Shown here piece by piece: positions 8,993-19,499 of a DNA stretch of 64,000 nt. Below the pieces are notes generated by a model that saw only the letters and a program-made list of their open reading frames with translations, was not told the DNA's origin and searched no databases. Both the position numbers and the translations under genes were made by a program. The stretch comes from Planctomycetota bacterium (lineage in GTDB: Bacteria; Planctomycetota; UBA11346). The stretch lies in assembly GCA_038231435.1 (NCBI GenBank), contig JBBRLJ010000013.1, forward strand, positions 32,001-96,000. Reading direction: 5' to 3'. Every line of letters starts with the position of its first letter. Within the stretch, counting starts at the first letter, position 1.

Positions 8993-11098
8993 TTATTTCC
9001 GATAGGTGTCCCAAGCCGGCTTGGCGTCCCAGCCGGCGCCGCCGAAGACGTCCGACCAGACGGGGGGATCGCCAAGGAACAGCGCCTGGCGGACGACGCC
9101 GTCGGGCGTGATCGCGAACATGCGCTTGCCGCCGTGGTCGTCCTCGGGCCAGGCGTAGGCGACCCAGTGGTGCTCCTGGAGGGACGCGGCCTTCTCGTCC
9201 TTGGTGCGTGCCTCGGAGATGTCGTCGGATTCCTGCAGCATCGCGCCGTCGGCATCGGGCAGGTACACGGCGAAATGGTAGCCGTTGGCGCTGCCGGCCG
9301 CGAGGTCGGGCCCGACCAGCGACAACGCGGGCGCTCCGGCGACGGTGCGCGCGCCTCCGAGCTCGGACAGCAGGCCGTACTCGCCCACGCCATTGCCGTC
9401 CTGATCGAGATACAGCGCGGCCTGGAACTTCACTTCGGCCGGCAGGATCGTGGTCTTGAGCTCGGAGACCGCCTGCACTTCCGGATCCCCGGCGATGGTC
9501 GCCTCGGCAGCCTTGGAGTTGAAGGCAAAGCCGATGGCGCCCAGGACGATGGGCAGGCCGCCGAAGCCGAGCAGCCCGCGGCTCTCGACCACCGTGCCGC
9601 GATCGGATCTGGTGGTGAACAGGTAGCCGCTGGACGCGCTGGTGCCGAGCTTCGCCAGAGCCTGCAGCACCGCCTGCTTCTGCTTGCCGTCCATGCCCTG
9701 CTGGAGTCCGAGCGCCATGTTGATGTAGCCATTGAGCGTGCGCAGCACCGCGGGCGTGTCGCTCGAGCCGAGCATCACCGCGTTCGCCGGTGCCTTCTCG
9801 AGCGCGAGCTTGCCGGCGGGTGAATCGGCCCAGCCGCCGGGCGCGCCGCCGGTCCAATTGGCGGTGATGGTCGGATCGCTGGTCACTACCCAATGGTCCT
9901 TGTCGCAGATCAGGTTCACAGCCATCGGCAGGTTCGGGATCGGCAGCATCGTTGACGTGCCCTCGGCGGGCGGCTCGGCCTGGACCAGCTGCAGACCCTT
10001 CGCGACCACGCGATCGAAGGCGGGCGAGCGCGGGATGGCGAGCGTGAATGACGGGAACGGCACGCCCTGGCCCAACGCGAAGAGCGTGGTGCCATTGAAG
10101 CCCTCGATCAGATCCTGCAGCGTGCAATCGAGGCCGGCGGCTGAGATGTTGCCGTTGATCTCCTGCTCGGCCTCGTCGGGGGTCACCGGGGTGCCGCGCG
10201 TCTTGGTCATCTGCGCCGCGGCCTGGGCGAGCCAGGTCGGGCGGCCGGTCTTCCACAACGCCTTGCCGTCGGTGCCCAGGGCCAGCTCGATCAGCGTGGT
10301 GGCTGGCAGGCGGCCGACGAGATCGCGGTCGACCGGGATCAGGTGTGGCCAGGCGCGGGTCTGGGTGAAGCGCTCGAGCAGGCCCTCGGGGACCAGGCTG
10401 GCGCGGTAGTCGTAGGTGCCCGAGTACAGGTCGCTGTCCTTGGTCATCGCCGTGAAGGTGTCGGCCTGGTCATCGGGCATGGCCTTGGCGATCAGCGCGA
10501 CGAGCCCAGCGATGTCGACGATCGCCTGCAGATCCGCCGGCGGAGCCTTGGCCGGCCCGGGCTTCACCGGAGCGCAGTTGACGCCGAGCGACAGCGCGGT
10601 GCCGTAGCGGGCGACGGTGACGGTCTGATTGTCGGTCGGTTTCTCGAAGGTCATCGCCTCGTCGGCGCCGGCGATCTGCGCGGCGACGGCGTTGTCGGGC
10701 TTGCCTTGCATGAGCTTCGCGGCGAGCGCGCCGAAATCCCCGGTGGCCAGCATGTGGATGCGCGGCTTGCCGGGGTTGTCGCCATCGCTCTCCGCCTTCT
10801 CGAAATCGGTGATGAGCACGCGCAGGCCGGTCATCGCGCGCAGGGTCTCCCACGGATCGATGCCCTTGACCTCCTGCGCCTTGGCCATGGCGGCGTCGAG
10901 CGCCTGCTTGACCTGCGCGAACGCCGGGTCGGCGAAGAGCTTGCCATAGAGGCTCGCGTTCCAGTCGGCGACCAGGGTCGCGCCGTCGGCGAGTCGCAGC
11001 TCGATGGGTGCGGCGGCGGGGCTGGTCGGAGACGGAGCGTCGGCGCACCACGAAGCGGCGGCGAGGAGCGACGGCAGGACGAAGCGTACGCGGATCAT
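8993..11098 (-). CDS. Exported hypothetical protein with C-terminal pilin-like/DUF2950-like domain
   Basis: Signal peptide MIRVRFVLPSLLAAA; internal TM followed by DQDGNGVGEYG...GYHF...YAWP...RMFAI; the upstream part of the ORF-track call overlaps other genes. Confidence 0.65.
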   Translation of the reverse strand: MIRVRFVLPSLLAAASWCADAPSPTSPAAAPIELRLADGATLVADWNASLYGKLFADPAFAQVKQALDAAMAKAQEVKGIDPWETLRAMTGLRVLITDFEKAESDGDNPGKPRIHMLATGDFGALAAKLMQGKPDNAVAAQIAGADEAMTFEKPTDNQTVTVARYGTALSLGVNCAPVKPGPAKAPPADLQAIVDIAGLVALIAKAMPDDQADTFTAMTKDSDLYSGTYDYRASLVPEGLLERFTQTRAWPHLIPVDRDLVGRLPATTLIELALGTDGKALWKTGRPTWLAQAAAQMTKTRGTPVTPDEAEQEINGNISAAGLDCTLQDLIEGFNGTTLFALGQGVPFPSFTLAIPRSPAFDRVVAKGLQLVQAEPPAEGTSTMLPIPNLPMAVNLICDKDHWVVTSDPTITANWTGGAPGGWADSPAGKLALEKAPANAVMLGSSDTPAVLRTLNGYINMALGLQQGMDGKQKQAVLQALAKLGTSASSGYLFTTRSDRGTVVESRGLLGFGGLPIVLGAIGFAFNSKAAEATIAGDPEVQAVSELKTTILPAEVKFQAALYLDQDGNGVGEYGLLSELGGARTVAGAPALSLVGPDLAAGSANGYHFAVYLPDADGAMLQESDDISEARTKDEKAASLQEHHWVAYAWPEDDHGGKRMFAITPDGVVRQALFLGDPPVWSDVFGGAGWDAKPAWDTYRK

Positions 11099-11230
11099 GG
11101 CATCTCCAGGGCGCCATGGTGGGCCATGGCGTTGGGCTACAAGCCCCGCGCGCAAGCCTGGCGGCGTCCGCACGTAGCGGCAAACGTCGGCGAGCATGGC
11201 GGAGGCGGGGTTGCAGCGTACGATCTCCGC

Positions 11231-11974
11231 ATGCCTCGCACCCGATACATCTCTGCCGCGGCGCTCATGATCACGCTGCTCGGCATCTCCGCCTGTGGCT
11301 CGCCGGAGGCGCAGCCGCGAACCGGAGCGGCGTCGCCACCGGCAGCGCAATCCGGGACCGGCGGGCCGGGTATCGGCGCCGCGCCAACCGCCGGCATCGC
11401 CACAGAGGAGGGTGACCAACCGGTCGCCGCTGGCGCCCGGCCGGCCGCCTGGGCCACGCCGCTCGACAAGCCTGGCCTGCCCAATCTCAACCGCGTGACG
11501 CCTAATCTCCTGCGCGGCGCGCAGCCGAGCGCCGAGGGCATGCGCCAGCTCGAGACCATGGGCGTGAAGACCGTCCTGTCGCTGCGCGGCTTCAACGACG
11601 ACGACGAGGAGCTCGCCGGCACCGCGCTCGCCCACGAGCGCATCCGCTTCAAGACCTGGCATCCCGAGGACGAAGACGTCGACACGTTCCTGCGCATCAT
11701 CACCGACCCCGCCAAGCAGCCGGTGTTCGTGCATTGCCAGCACGGCTCCGACCGCACTGGAACCATGTGCGCCATCTACCGCATCGCCGTGCAGGGCTGG
11801 TCGAAGGACGACGCCATCCGCGAGATGACCGACGGCGGCTACGGCTTCCACCCCATCTGGACCAACCTCATCGACTACATCCGCACCCTCGACATCCCCG
11901 CCCTGCGCAAACGCGCCGGCCTCGCCGATCCGAGCATCGCCCCCGCCCCCGCCCCCGCCCCGGTCGCTCCCTAA
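11231..11974 (+). CDS. Cys-based dual-specificity/tyrosine phosphatase, probable lipoprotein
   Basis: HCQHGSDRTG (CX5R), LLRGAQP, lipobox-like ISAC. Confidence 0.88.
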   Translation: MPRTRYISAAALMITLLGISACGSPEAQPRTGAASPPAAQSGTGGPGIGAAPTAGIATEEGDQPVAAGARPAAWATPLDKPGLPNLNRVTPNLLRGAQPSAEGMRQLETMGVKTVLSLRGFNDDDEELAGTALAHERIRFKTWHPEDEDVDTFLRIITDPAKQPVFVHCQHGSDRTGTMCAIYRIAVQGWSKDDAIREMTDGGYGFHPIWTNLIDYIRTLDIPALRKRAGLADPSIAPAPAPAPVAP

Positions 11975-11975
11975 G

Positions 11976-12067
11976 CAGCGCGCAGCGCCTGCCCCCAACC
12001 CTCCCTCCCCGTTCCTTCCCAGGGGGCAGCGCGGAGCGCGATGTTGGGGGGCCGCAGCCCCCCAACT
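11976..12067. repeat. Repeat family B copy 1
   Basis: GGGGGCAGCGCGGAGCGCGAT-GTTGGGGGGC-CGCA-GCCCCCCAAC; lies between convergent genes. Confidence 0.88.
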
Positions 12068-12078
12068 GACAGCCCCAA

Positions 12079-13395
12079 CTAAGAACGATAATCGGCGTTC
12101 TCGCTGACGTACTCGTGCGAGCGGTCGGTACCGACCACCGTGCAGGCGGCTCCGCCGAGACCTAGATCGATGGCGATCTCGACGCAGCGCTGGTGCGGCG
12201 GGAACGACACCGGCGGCCTGAAGGTCAGGCCGTCCACCGGAGGGACGCTGGCGTAGAGCTCGGCTGAGCGCAGGTGCGCGACCAGTTCGCGCTCGGCGGC
12301 GGGATCGAGGCGGAAAGCACCGTCGGCGAAGATGGCGCGGCCGCCCATGGTGATGGTGGTGCGGGCGAGATCGACGCCCGGGCACGCCACGCCCACGTAC
12401 TTGCCGATCGCGCACACCAGCCGGCCGACATTCGGATCATTGCCGCAGACGGCGCACTGGAACAATGGCGAATTGACCACCGATTTGCCGATGCCGCGCG
12501 CGACCTCGACGCTGGGAGCGCCACTCACCGCGACGCGCATGACGTGGTGCACGCCCTCGCCGTTGCGCGCGATGTCCTCGGCGAGCTCGCCGCACACCGC
12601 GTCGAGCGCGGCCTGGAAGGCGAGCATGTCCGGGCAGGCCACCGCGCCCGACGAGAGCGCCACCACGGTATCCGAGGTGCTGGTGTCGCTATCGATCGAC
12701 ATGCAGTTGAAGCTGCCGTCCACCGCGCGCGCCAGCGCCGCGCGCAGCGCGACGCGCGGCACCGCGAGATCGGTGAGCACGTACACCAGCATGGTCGCGA
12801 GGTTGGGCTCGATCATGCCCGCGCCCTTGGCGATGCCGACGATCGAACCGCCGGCGAGCTCGCGCCTGCGGATCTTGGGAAACAGGTCGGTGGTGACGAT
12901 GCCCTCGGCGGCTGGCAGGATCGACGCCGCCTGCAGCGTGGCCATCGCAGCCGGGACCGCGGCGATGATCGCCGCCTCGGGCAGCCTCCACCCGATGACG
13001 CCGGTAGAGCTGGGCAGCACCTGGGCGGGCGCGATGCCCAGCGCTGCCGCCGCCGCGGCGCACACGCGCTCGGCGGTCTCGACCCCGCCCGGAGCGCAGA
13101 CGTTCGAGATCTTGTTGTTCACCACCACCGCGCCGAGCGTCGGCTCGTCGAGCCGGCGCCGCCCGATCAGCACCGGCGCGCCTGGAAAGGCGTTCTTGGT
13201 GAACATCGCGGCGAACGACGGAGTCGGCTGGTCGAGCGCGATCACCGTCACGGTCATGCGCGACGGCTTGGCCACCTCGACCGGCATGAACTCGAAGCGG
13301 TGCGCCCCGACGCGGAATCCCCGCGGCAACGCCGCCTGCGCAGATAGCCAGGCGCGGTGCTCGTCACGCGACGAGAAGGTGGTGGGAGCGGACAT
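12079..13395 (-). CDS. argJ: Ornithine acetyltransferase / N-acetylglutamate synthase
   Basis: SSTGVIG, TTDLFPK, KGAGMIEPNLATML, DSDTSTSDT, NDPNVGR. Confidence 0.93.
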   Translation of the reverse strand: MSAPTTFSSRDEHRAWLSAQAALPRGFRVGAHRFEFMPVEVAKPSRMTVTVIALDQPTPSFAAMFTKNAFPGAPVLIGRRRLDEPTLGAVVVNNKISNVCAPGGVETAERVCAAAAAALGIAPAQVLPSSTGVIGWRLPEAAIIAAVPAAMATLQAASILPAAEGIVTTDLFPKIRRRELAGGSIVGIAKGAGMIEPNLATMLVYVLTDLAVPRVALRAALARAVDGSFNCMSIDSDTSTSDTVVALSSGAVACPDMLAFQAALDAVCGELAEDIARNGEGVHHVMRVAVSGAPSVEVARGIGKSVVNSPLFQCAVCGNDPNVGRLVCAIGKYVGVACPGVDLARTTITMGGRAIFADGAFRLDPAAERELVAHLRSAELYASVPPVDGLTFRPPVSFPPHQRCVEIAIDLGLGGAACTVVGTDRSHEYVSENADYRS

Positions 13396-13483
13396 GGGGC
13401 ACAGTGTCTGGGTGCCATGGCAGGCGCAATCGTCGGTACGGGACACCCGTCGTCGGATGTCGGTCGTTGGTCGTCGACAGCTG

Positions 13484-13513
13484 GACTACAGCCGACTACA
13501 GCCGACTACAGCT
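13484..13513. repeat. 10-bp tandem repeat (GACTACAGCC x3) within heptamer-like repeats
   Basis: Read directly in the clpS-argJ spacer. Confidence 0.8.
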
Positions 13514-13615
13514 GGACAACCAGACCACAAGACGGCCGGGTCAGCGGCTCGGTGCGAGATCACCGGTGGCCGTGTTCGACCTCGGACCGCGGGCGAGGGA
13601 GGTGCATTGCGATGG

Positions 13616-13930
13616 CTATTCCGACGGTTCGATGATGGCGCTCATGCTGCCCTTGCAGCGCGGCAGCCGCCAATCCGGGCCGAAGCCATGGATCTGCTCC
13701 TGCTTGAGCTCGGCGCGTTCCTTGGTGGTGGTCTCCACCACCGCGCGTCCGGCGCTGTCGACTTCGCACGCGCAGGTGAACGCGCGCTGCGGCGAATGCC
13801 CGAAGACCTTCCCGAGCATCTCGATCACGTATTCGTAGGTGTGGTCGTCGTCATTGAGCAGCACGACATGCCACAACGGCGACACCTTCGTCGCCTCCTC
13901 GACCTGCAATTCCGGAACGGCGATGGGCAT
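13616..13930 (-). CDS. clpS: ATP-dependent Clp protease adaptor
   Basis: WHVVLLNDDDHTYEYV motif, 104 aa. Confidence 0.9.
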   Translation of the reverse strand: MPIAVPELQVEEATKVSPLWHVVLLNDDDHTYEYVIEMLGKVFGHSPQRAFTCACEVDSAGRAVVETTTKERAELKQEQIHGFGPDWRLPRCKGSMSAIIEPSE

Positions 13931-14039
13931 CGTGTCGACCGCCCCCAGTTTCCCCGCTTTACGGCGAACGCCAGGGGAGAGCTACGCAACGCCTCGACAA
14001 ACGACGTACCGCTGCATCGATGTCGAGCAGCGTCTCATG

Positions 14040-14121
14040 GCGCCTGCTCCCAACCCAACCTGCTCTCTGCCTCCTGGGGGGCAGCGCGGAGCGCGATGTT
14101 GGGGGGCCGTAGCCCCCCAAC
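14040..14121. repeat. Repeat family B copy 2
   Basis: Same core; hairpin 14098-14121 overlaps the TAG stop of the upstream minus-strand gene. Confidence 0.88.
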
Positions 14122-14885
14122 TAAAAAGTATCGGAGAGCGGCACATACCCCCGCCGCCCATCCTCGAGCACCACCAGCGCCCGCCCATTCCACGGCGGCT
14201 GCGGCTCGCGCCGCACCAGCATGCCGGCGCGCACCGGGGTCACCGCCGCGCCGGTGCTGTCGACGAGCGCGGTATCCTGGGTGATGGCCATGAACGGGGC
14301 ACGCGCATCGTGCCACGCGGCGGCGGCGCCGGGAGCCGACACCAGCGCTGCGAGTCCACCGAGGTTCAGCATCCAGCGCCTGCGCGCGCGCGAGGTCAGC
14401 CACCAGCCGCCGAGCAGGCCCGACGCGCCGAGCAGCGCGACGCCCGACCAGCCTCGGCCGGGCCATCCCGCCGGGCCGAGATGCTCGCACCACGTGGCCG
14501 GCATGGCCGCGCCGGCCGTGCGCAGAGCCTGCAGCGGTTCCGCCTGGGCAGGCGCGAAGCGGTGCGCGGCCAGGAGCCAGGCCACCGCGTGGCCGGCATC
14601 CCCGGCAGCCGTCGCGGCGAGACCGCAATCGTACCACGCCGACCAGTCGCGGCTGTCGCGCGCGCGCGCATATAGGGCCGGCACCGCCTCGGCGGGACGG
14701 CCCTGCATCCACGCCGCGTACGGATCGCTCGGGGCGGCGGCTCTCGCATTCGATACGTCTTCAGACGCGACGATCGTGCCCGGCACGGCGAGGACGATGA
14801 GCACCGACCATGCGAGGCCTGCAAGCCATGCGAGTCCACCCAGCCGGCCCGGTACTGCCGAGAGGAAGCGAGGAGCACCGCTCAC
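14121..14885 (-). CDS. BatE-like protein (TPR, TM segments, SH3-like C-terminus)
   Basis: AWYDCGLAA TPR, two TM segments, LEDGRRGYVP; last gene of the Bat-type operon. Confidence 0.7.
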   Translation of the reverse strand: MSGAPRFLSAVPGRLGGLAWLAGLAWSVLIVLAVPGTIVASEDVSNARAAAPSDPYAAWMQGRPAEAVPALYARARDSRDWSAWYDCGLAATAAGDAGHAVAWLLAAHRFAPAQAEPLQALRTAGAAMPATWCEHLGPAGWPGRGWSGVALLGASGLLGGWWLTSRARRRWMLNLGGLAALVSAPGAAAAWHDARAPFMAITQDTALVDSTGAAVTPVRAGMLVRREPQPPWNGRALVVLEDGRRGYVPLSDTF

Positions 14886-16447
14886 GGGCAGTCCGCCAGG
14901 AGCGCAGCGAGCGACGCGATGTCTGCGGGCAGCGCGCGGTTGCCGAAACGCGCGGCATCGATGCCTTCGCCGAGACGCCGCGCCGCATCGCGACGCATCT
15001 CGTCGCCGGACGCGTCGAGCGTCGGGCGCAGGCGTTCGAGCGCCGCCGCAGCGCGCGCGAGATCGCCGGCGGCTATGGCGGATGAGAGCTCGCGGCCGCG
15101 GCGTGGCGCCGCGCGCGTGCGCGCGCCGAGGCGCAGCGCCAGGCCGGCGAGCGCGCTCGCCACCAAGCCGACGGCGAACGCCGCGGGAACCAGCGCGGGT
15201 GGCGGCAGGGGCATGGCGCTGCCGCGCAGCGGCTGGGCCGTGATCGTCATGGTCGCGCCGCCGTCCTGACCCGGTTCCGGACGAGCCGGGTTCGCGGCGC
15301 CGGACACCGACAGCTCGTGCGCGCGTCCGGGCAGCACCACCAGCGACACCGCCGCGGTCTTGACGCGGCGGTATTCGCGAGCCTCGGAGTCGAAGAAGGG
15401 GATGTCGATCCCGGGAATGGCGTAGGTCCCCGGCGCGGCCGGCACCAAGTCCCAGCGGAAGGTGCGCAGCTCCGCTTGGTCGACCGTGTCCTTCGCGTAC
15501 GCGGTCAGCCCCGCCGGCAGCTGGAGTTTCGGCGGCGCGGCCAATGACACCTGGCGGCCATGCAGGGCGATGCGCAGGCTGGTGCCCTCGCCGGCGCTGA
15601 TGCGCTCGCGCTCGAGCGCCGCGGTCGCCTCGATCGGCCCGATCAGTCCGGTGAAATCCGCGGGTTTTCCCGCTTCCGGCAGGGCCATAACGGTGAGCTT
15701 CCCCGGTTTGACCGCGATGGTCTTGCGCGAGGGGTTGAAGATGTCACGGCCGGAGACCTGGATCACCTGCTGGCCGCCGATGTCGCGCTCTCCCGGTTCA
15801 ACGAGGGAGAATCTCCACGCGAAGGTGAACAGCGTCCAGGCCCGGTTCCCTTCGTCGTAGGCGGTGGTGCGGGTGAGCGTGGGAGTCTTGGCCCCGGCCT
15901 CCGCCGGAGGCGCGACGCTCGGCTGCTCCGCCTTCGCCCCGCCGGCGAGGTAGATGCGGTAGAGCATGGTGGTGGTCTCGCCCGGCGCGATCGTCGCGGG
16001 CGAGAACGAGACCTCGGCGTAGGCGTTGCCGGTGAGCTTGGGATTGCCGGCGTCGATGCGCAAGGTCGTGGGCGCAGTCGCGACCGAGGTCTTGTCGCTC
16101 AGATGGATGGTGATCGCCGGGATCACGTAGTCGCCCGGGGTGTCGGCGCGCACGATCACGAAGCGGCTCTCCTCGACATCGCCATTGGTGTTCGCGTAAG
16201 CCTGTTTGCCGCTGCGATCCCAATGCAGGCCCTCGACCTCGGGCAGTTCAAACGAGACGATGCGACCTGAGGCGTTCTCGACCTTCAGCGCAGCCTCGGC
16301 CGCCAGGCCCGCCGGCATGTTCTCAGGGAGCTCGAGCACCGCTTCCACGCCGTGGAGCGACGTGGCCGAGCCTACCGCCAGCACCAGCGCGATGATGGCG
16401 AACCTGCCGGAGATGCGCGTATCGCTCGTCACCATATGCCTGGTCAC
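14882..16447 (-). CDS. BatD-family protein
   Basis: PGDYVIPAITI, LPEAGKPADFTGLIG, PFFDSEAREYR; operon context. Confidence 0.8.
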   Translation of the reverse strand: MTRHMVTSDTRISGRFAIIALVLAVGSATSLHGVEAVLELPENMPAGLAAEAALKVENASGRIVSFELPEVEGLHWDRSGKQAYANTNGDVEESRFVIVRADTPGDYVIPAITIHLSDKTSVATAPTTLRIDAGNPKLTGNAYAEVSFSPATIAPGETTTMLYRIYLAGGAKAEQPSVAPPAEAGAKTPTLTRTTAYDEGNRAWTLFTFAWRFSLVEPGERDIGGQQVIQVSGRDIFNPSRKTIAVKPGKLTVMALPEAGKPADFTGLIGPIEATAALERERISAGEGTSLRIALHGRQVSLAAPPKLQLPAGLTAYAKDTVDQAELRTFRWDLVPAAPGTYAIPGIDIPFFDSEAREYRRVKTAAVSLVVLPGRAHELSVSGAANPARPEPGQDGGATMTITAQPLRGSAMPLPPPALVPAAFAVGLVASALAGLALRLGARTRAAPRRGRELSSAIAAGDLARAAAALERLRPTLDASGDEMRRDAARRLGEGIDAARFGNRALPADIASLAALLADCP

Positions 16448-18489
16448 CAGGGCTTGCCGCGCGGCGCGGTCTGGGATTGGCCGTGCAGCAGCTGATCGCG
16501 CAGCGCGGCGCGATTCTCGATCGGCAGGGTCTCGAGCCAGCGCGCGGTCGCCGCCTGTGCATGTTCCTGCGCGGGATCGGGCTTGCCCTGCGCCACCGGC
16601 GCGGGATCGGACGGTGCCTGATCCTTCGGCTTCTCGCCCGGCTTGCCTGCGTCCTTCTGATCCTTGGCGTCCTTCGCCGCCTTGGCTGCCTTGGCGGCCT
16701 GATCCTTGCGCTGCTGATCGCGCGCTTGCTGGTTCGCCTGGTCCTTGGCCTGCTGATCCTGCTTGGCTTTGGCGTCCTGCTGATCCTTCGCCTCATCACC
16801 CGGCTTGGAGTCGCCCGGTTTCGACTCATCGCCCGGCTTCTTGTCGTCGCCAGGCTTCTTCGCCTGGTCCTGATCGCCTGGCTTCTGATCCTGTCCATCC
16901 GGCTTCTTCTGATCGTCTTTCTTCTGGTCGTCCTTCTTGCCCGGCTGCTGCTGGTCCTGCTTCGCGCCGTCGTTCGCTTGGGCGACGGTGATCTTCAGCT
17001 TCTGCTGGGTGCCCGCGTCCCAGCGATCCTTCAGCGCCACGGTGATCTCGTAGTCGCCGGTCGCCGCGGTCGCGCCGCGCAGCGCGCCATCGGGATCGAG
17101 ACGGATGCCCGCCGGCAGCTCGCCGTTGGCGAGCGACCACGCGAGCGGAGGCGTGCCGCCGCTCGCTGAGAGTGGACGCTCGGCGGGACTGCCCTGGGTC
17201 AGCTGGATGGGATCCTTCTCCTCGATCACGGGCGGAGGATTCACCGGCAGCGAGAGCTGCGCGGTGCGCGTGCGTCCGTCGGGCACCGAGATGCGCACCG
17301 GGACGCGCATCGTGCCGGCTTTCTCAGGAGTTCCGGTGAGCGTGCCGTCGCTGGCCATGGCCATGGATTCCATCCGCGAGGAGAGCTCCCAGCGGTAATC
17401 GAGCGCCGGGCCGCGCACCCCGACGCGATGGGTGTACGGCGCCCACGCGGTGGCGGGGGGCAGCACCGCGACGTCGGGGGCGAAGGCGTCGCCGACGATC
17501 AGGTCGTAGGCGCGATCCGCGCGGCGCGGATCCTCGAGCGCCGAGACCGCGATGCGCGCGGCCGTGGGCGCGAGCGGCGTGCCGACGATTGCCGAGGTCG
17601 CCGCCGGGCCTTCCTCGATGCTCAGGCCCTCGGGCAGACCGTCGGCGGTCCAGCGCGGGGTTGCGAGGCCGTTCTGCGCGAGCTCGGCGCGGTAGGGCTG
17701 TCCGGCGACGGCTTCGGGCAGCGCCTCGGTGGTGATCATCGGCGGCGGACGCACCTCGAGCCCTATCGTGCCGGTGGCGGTGGCGCCGGTGGAGTCGGTG
17801 ATCTGCAGCGCCAGCTGATGGCGCTTCGCCTCGCTCGGCGTGCCGTGCAGGCGGCCGTCGGGATCCAGCTCGAGTCCCTTCGGTAGCACCGTCTTTGCGT
17901 CGGCCGAGAAGCGATTGCCGCCCGCGCCGCCGCGCGCGGCGACATGGGCGTCGTATGGCTCGTTCACGAACGCGGGCGGCAGGTCGGCGTTCGGGATCTT
18001 CAGCCGGCGCGCTTCCTCCTCGGCCTTGAGCCGCGCATCGTCCTTGCGCACCAGCACCGCTTTGCGCATCTGGTCGCGCTGGGGCGCGAGCTCGGGATTG
18101 AGGTCCGCGGCGCGCACCTCGGCGGCGAGCGCGTCCTCGAGTCGGCCCTGGCTCCAGCGCGCGAGCGCGAGGTTGTGATAGGCGTCGGCGGCAAGGTCGC
18201 GGTTCGGCGACATGGTCGCGGCCAGCAGATGCGCGGCCGCGGCTTCGGGATCCTTCTTCAAGATCAGGGTGCCCAGATCGTAATGCGCGGCGTGGAATGT
18301 CGGATTCTCGAGCAGCAGCGCGTTCAATTCCTTCTCAGCCTCGGCAGGGGGTCGGTTCGCGGCCGTGGTCAGGCGATCCCACGGATCGGCGGCATGGAGC
18401 GCGGCAAACGTCATCACGAATAGCAGGACGTGGAGTGCTATTGGAATGGTGCGCCGCACTCCGCTCATCGTATTTTGCGCCGAAATCAT
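16444..18489 (-). CDS. BatC-like TPR protein with putative Ig (He_PIG-type) domains and Q/K/D-rich tail
   Basis: YDLG and YHNLA TPRs; repeated LP.GL.LD.DG.L.GTP domains; ends KPW. Confidence 0.75.
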   Translation of the reverse strand: MISAQNTMSGVRRTIPIALHVLLFVMTFAALHAADPWDRLTTAANRPPAEAEKELNALLLENPTFHAAHYDLGTLILKKDPEAAAAHLLAATMSPNRDLAADAYHNLALARWSQGRLEDALAAEVRAADLNPELAPQRDQMRKAVLVRKDDARLKAEEEARRLKIPNADLPPAFVNEPYDAHVAARGGAGGNRFSADAKTVLPKGLELDPDGRLHGTPSEAKRHQLALQITDSTGATATGTIGLEVRPPPMITTEALPEAVAGQPYRAELAQNGLATPRWTADGLPEGLSIEEGPAATSAIVGTPLAPTAARIAVSALEDPRRADRAYDLIVGDAFAPDVAVLPPATAWAPYTHRVGVRGPALDYRWELSSRMESMAMASDGTLTGTPEKAGTMRVPVRISVPDGRTRTAQLSLPVNPPPVIEEKDPIQLTQGSPAERPLSASGGTPPLAWSLANGELPAGIRLDPDGALRGATAATGDYEITVALKDRWDAGTQQKLKITVAQANDGAKQDQQQPGKKDDQKKDDQKKPDGQDQKPGDQDQAKKPGDDKKPGDESKPGDSKPGDEAKDQQDAKAKQDQQAKDQANQQARDQQRKDQAAKAAKAAKDAKDQKDAGKPGEKPKDQAPSDPAPVAQGKPDPAQEHAQAATARWLETLPIENRAALRDQLLHGQSQTAPRGKPW

Positions 18490-19499
18490 AGCACGATCCT
18501 CGGCGCGGCCGCGGGCGCGCCAGGGGTAGCGCGCCGGCGCGTGGGCAGCAACGCACCGGCCAGGATCAGCGCCATTCCCGGCAGCAATGGCCAGCGGAAG
18601 CGTTCGGTGGCGATGACGCGGTGGTGCTCCTCCCATGGCCGTTGCGCCACCGATCCGGCCAGGCGGGTGGCGAGCGCGCGCATGTCGGCATCGTCGTCGG
18701 TGGCGTTGACGCACGCGCCCCCGGTGACCTCGGCCAGGCGGTCGAGGGTGGTGCGGTCGGCGCTCATGACCTCGGTCCGGCCGTCGATCTCGAGCGTTGC
18801 CTTGCCCTCGGGATCGCCGAGGAACACGCCGAAGACCAGCACGCCCGCCGCCTTGGCCGCCGCCGCTGCGCGCTCGACGGCCTCGCGATCGTCATCGCTG
18901 CCGTCGCTCATCACCACGATCGCCTGCCCGCGCTCGGCCTCGCGATCGAGCACCTTCAGGCCCTCGGCTACCGACGCGCCGATCGCCGTGCCCTGGTAGC
19001 CGCTCTCGGCCGGGAACAGGTCGGGCGAGCAGTCCTGCAGCATCTGCTCGATGGCGTTGTGGTCGCCAGTGAGCGGGCAGCGCAGCACCGGCATGGCTGC
19101 GAACGGCATCAGCGCCAGGCGGGTCTCGGGGGCGATGCGCATCAGGTCGAGCGCCTTGCGCCGCGCGGCGTCGATGCGCGTCGGGTAGAGGTCCTGCGCC
19201 AGCATCGAGCGGCTGCAATCGAGGATCAGCAGCACGTCGGCGCCGGTCTGCCGGCGCACCTGCTCGGCGGAGCCCCAGCGCGGCCCCGCGAGCGCGACAC
19301 ACGAGGCCGCCACGCCGAGCCACAGGCAGATCGCGCGCAGTCTCTCGCGGCGTCGACCGACGCCGGGGGTGAGATGCGCGAGGCCGGCTCCGATCGAGCG
19401 CTGACGGCGGGCCACCGCGCGGCCGTAGACCCAGCGCGCGGCGGCGGCCGCCGCGACGGCAGCGAGCAGCCACAGCAAGTGTGGATGGCCCCAGCTCAT
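18486..19499 (-). CDS. BatB-like vWA domain protein
   Basis: LAGPRWG, MIDAS DCSRSM, CPLTGD, SDG. Confidence 0.88.
   Translation of the reverse strand: MSWGHPHLLWLLAAVAAAAAARWVYGRAVARRQRSIGAGLAHLTPGVGRRRERLRAICLWLGVAASCVALAGPRWGSAEQVRRQTGADVLLILDCSRSMLAQDLYPTRIDAARRKALDLMRIAPETRLALMPFAAMPVLRCPLTGDHNAIEQMLQDCSPDLFPAESGYQGTAIGASVAEGLKVLDREAERGQAIVVMSDGSDDDREAVERAAAAAKAAGVLVFGVFLGDPEGKATLEIDGRTEVMSADRTTLDRLAEVTGGACVNATDDDADMRALATRLAGSVAQRPWEEHHRVIATERFRWPLLPGMALILAGALLPTRRRATPGAPAAAPRIVL

Noticed and set aside
11099..12415. N-terminal 440 aa of the 1140-aa ORF 8993..12415
   Set aside because: It overlaps the phosphatase (opposite strand), repeat B and argJ. The real start is the signal peptide at 11098.
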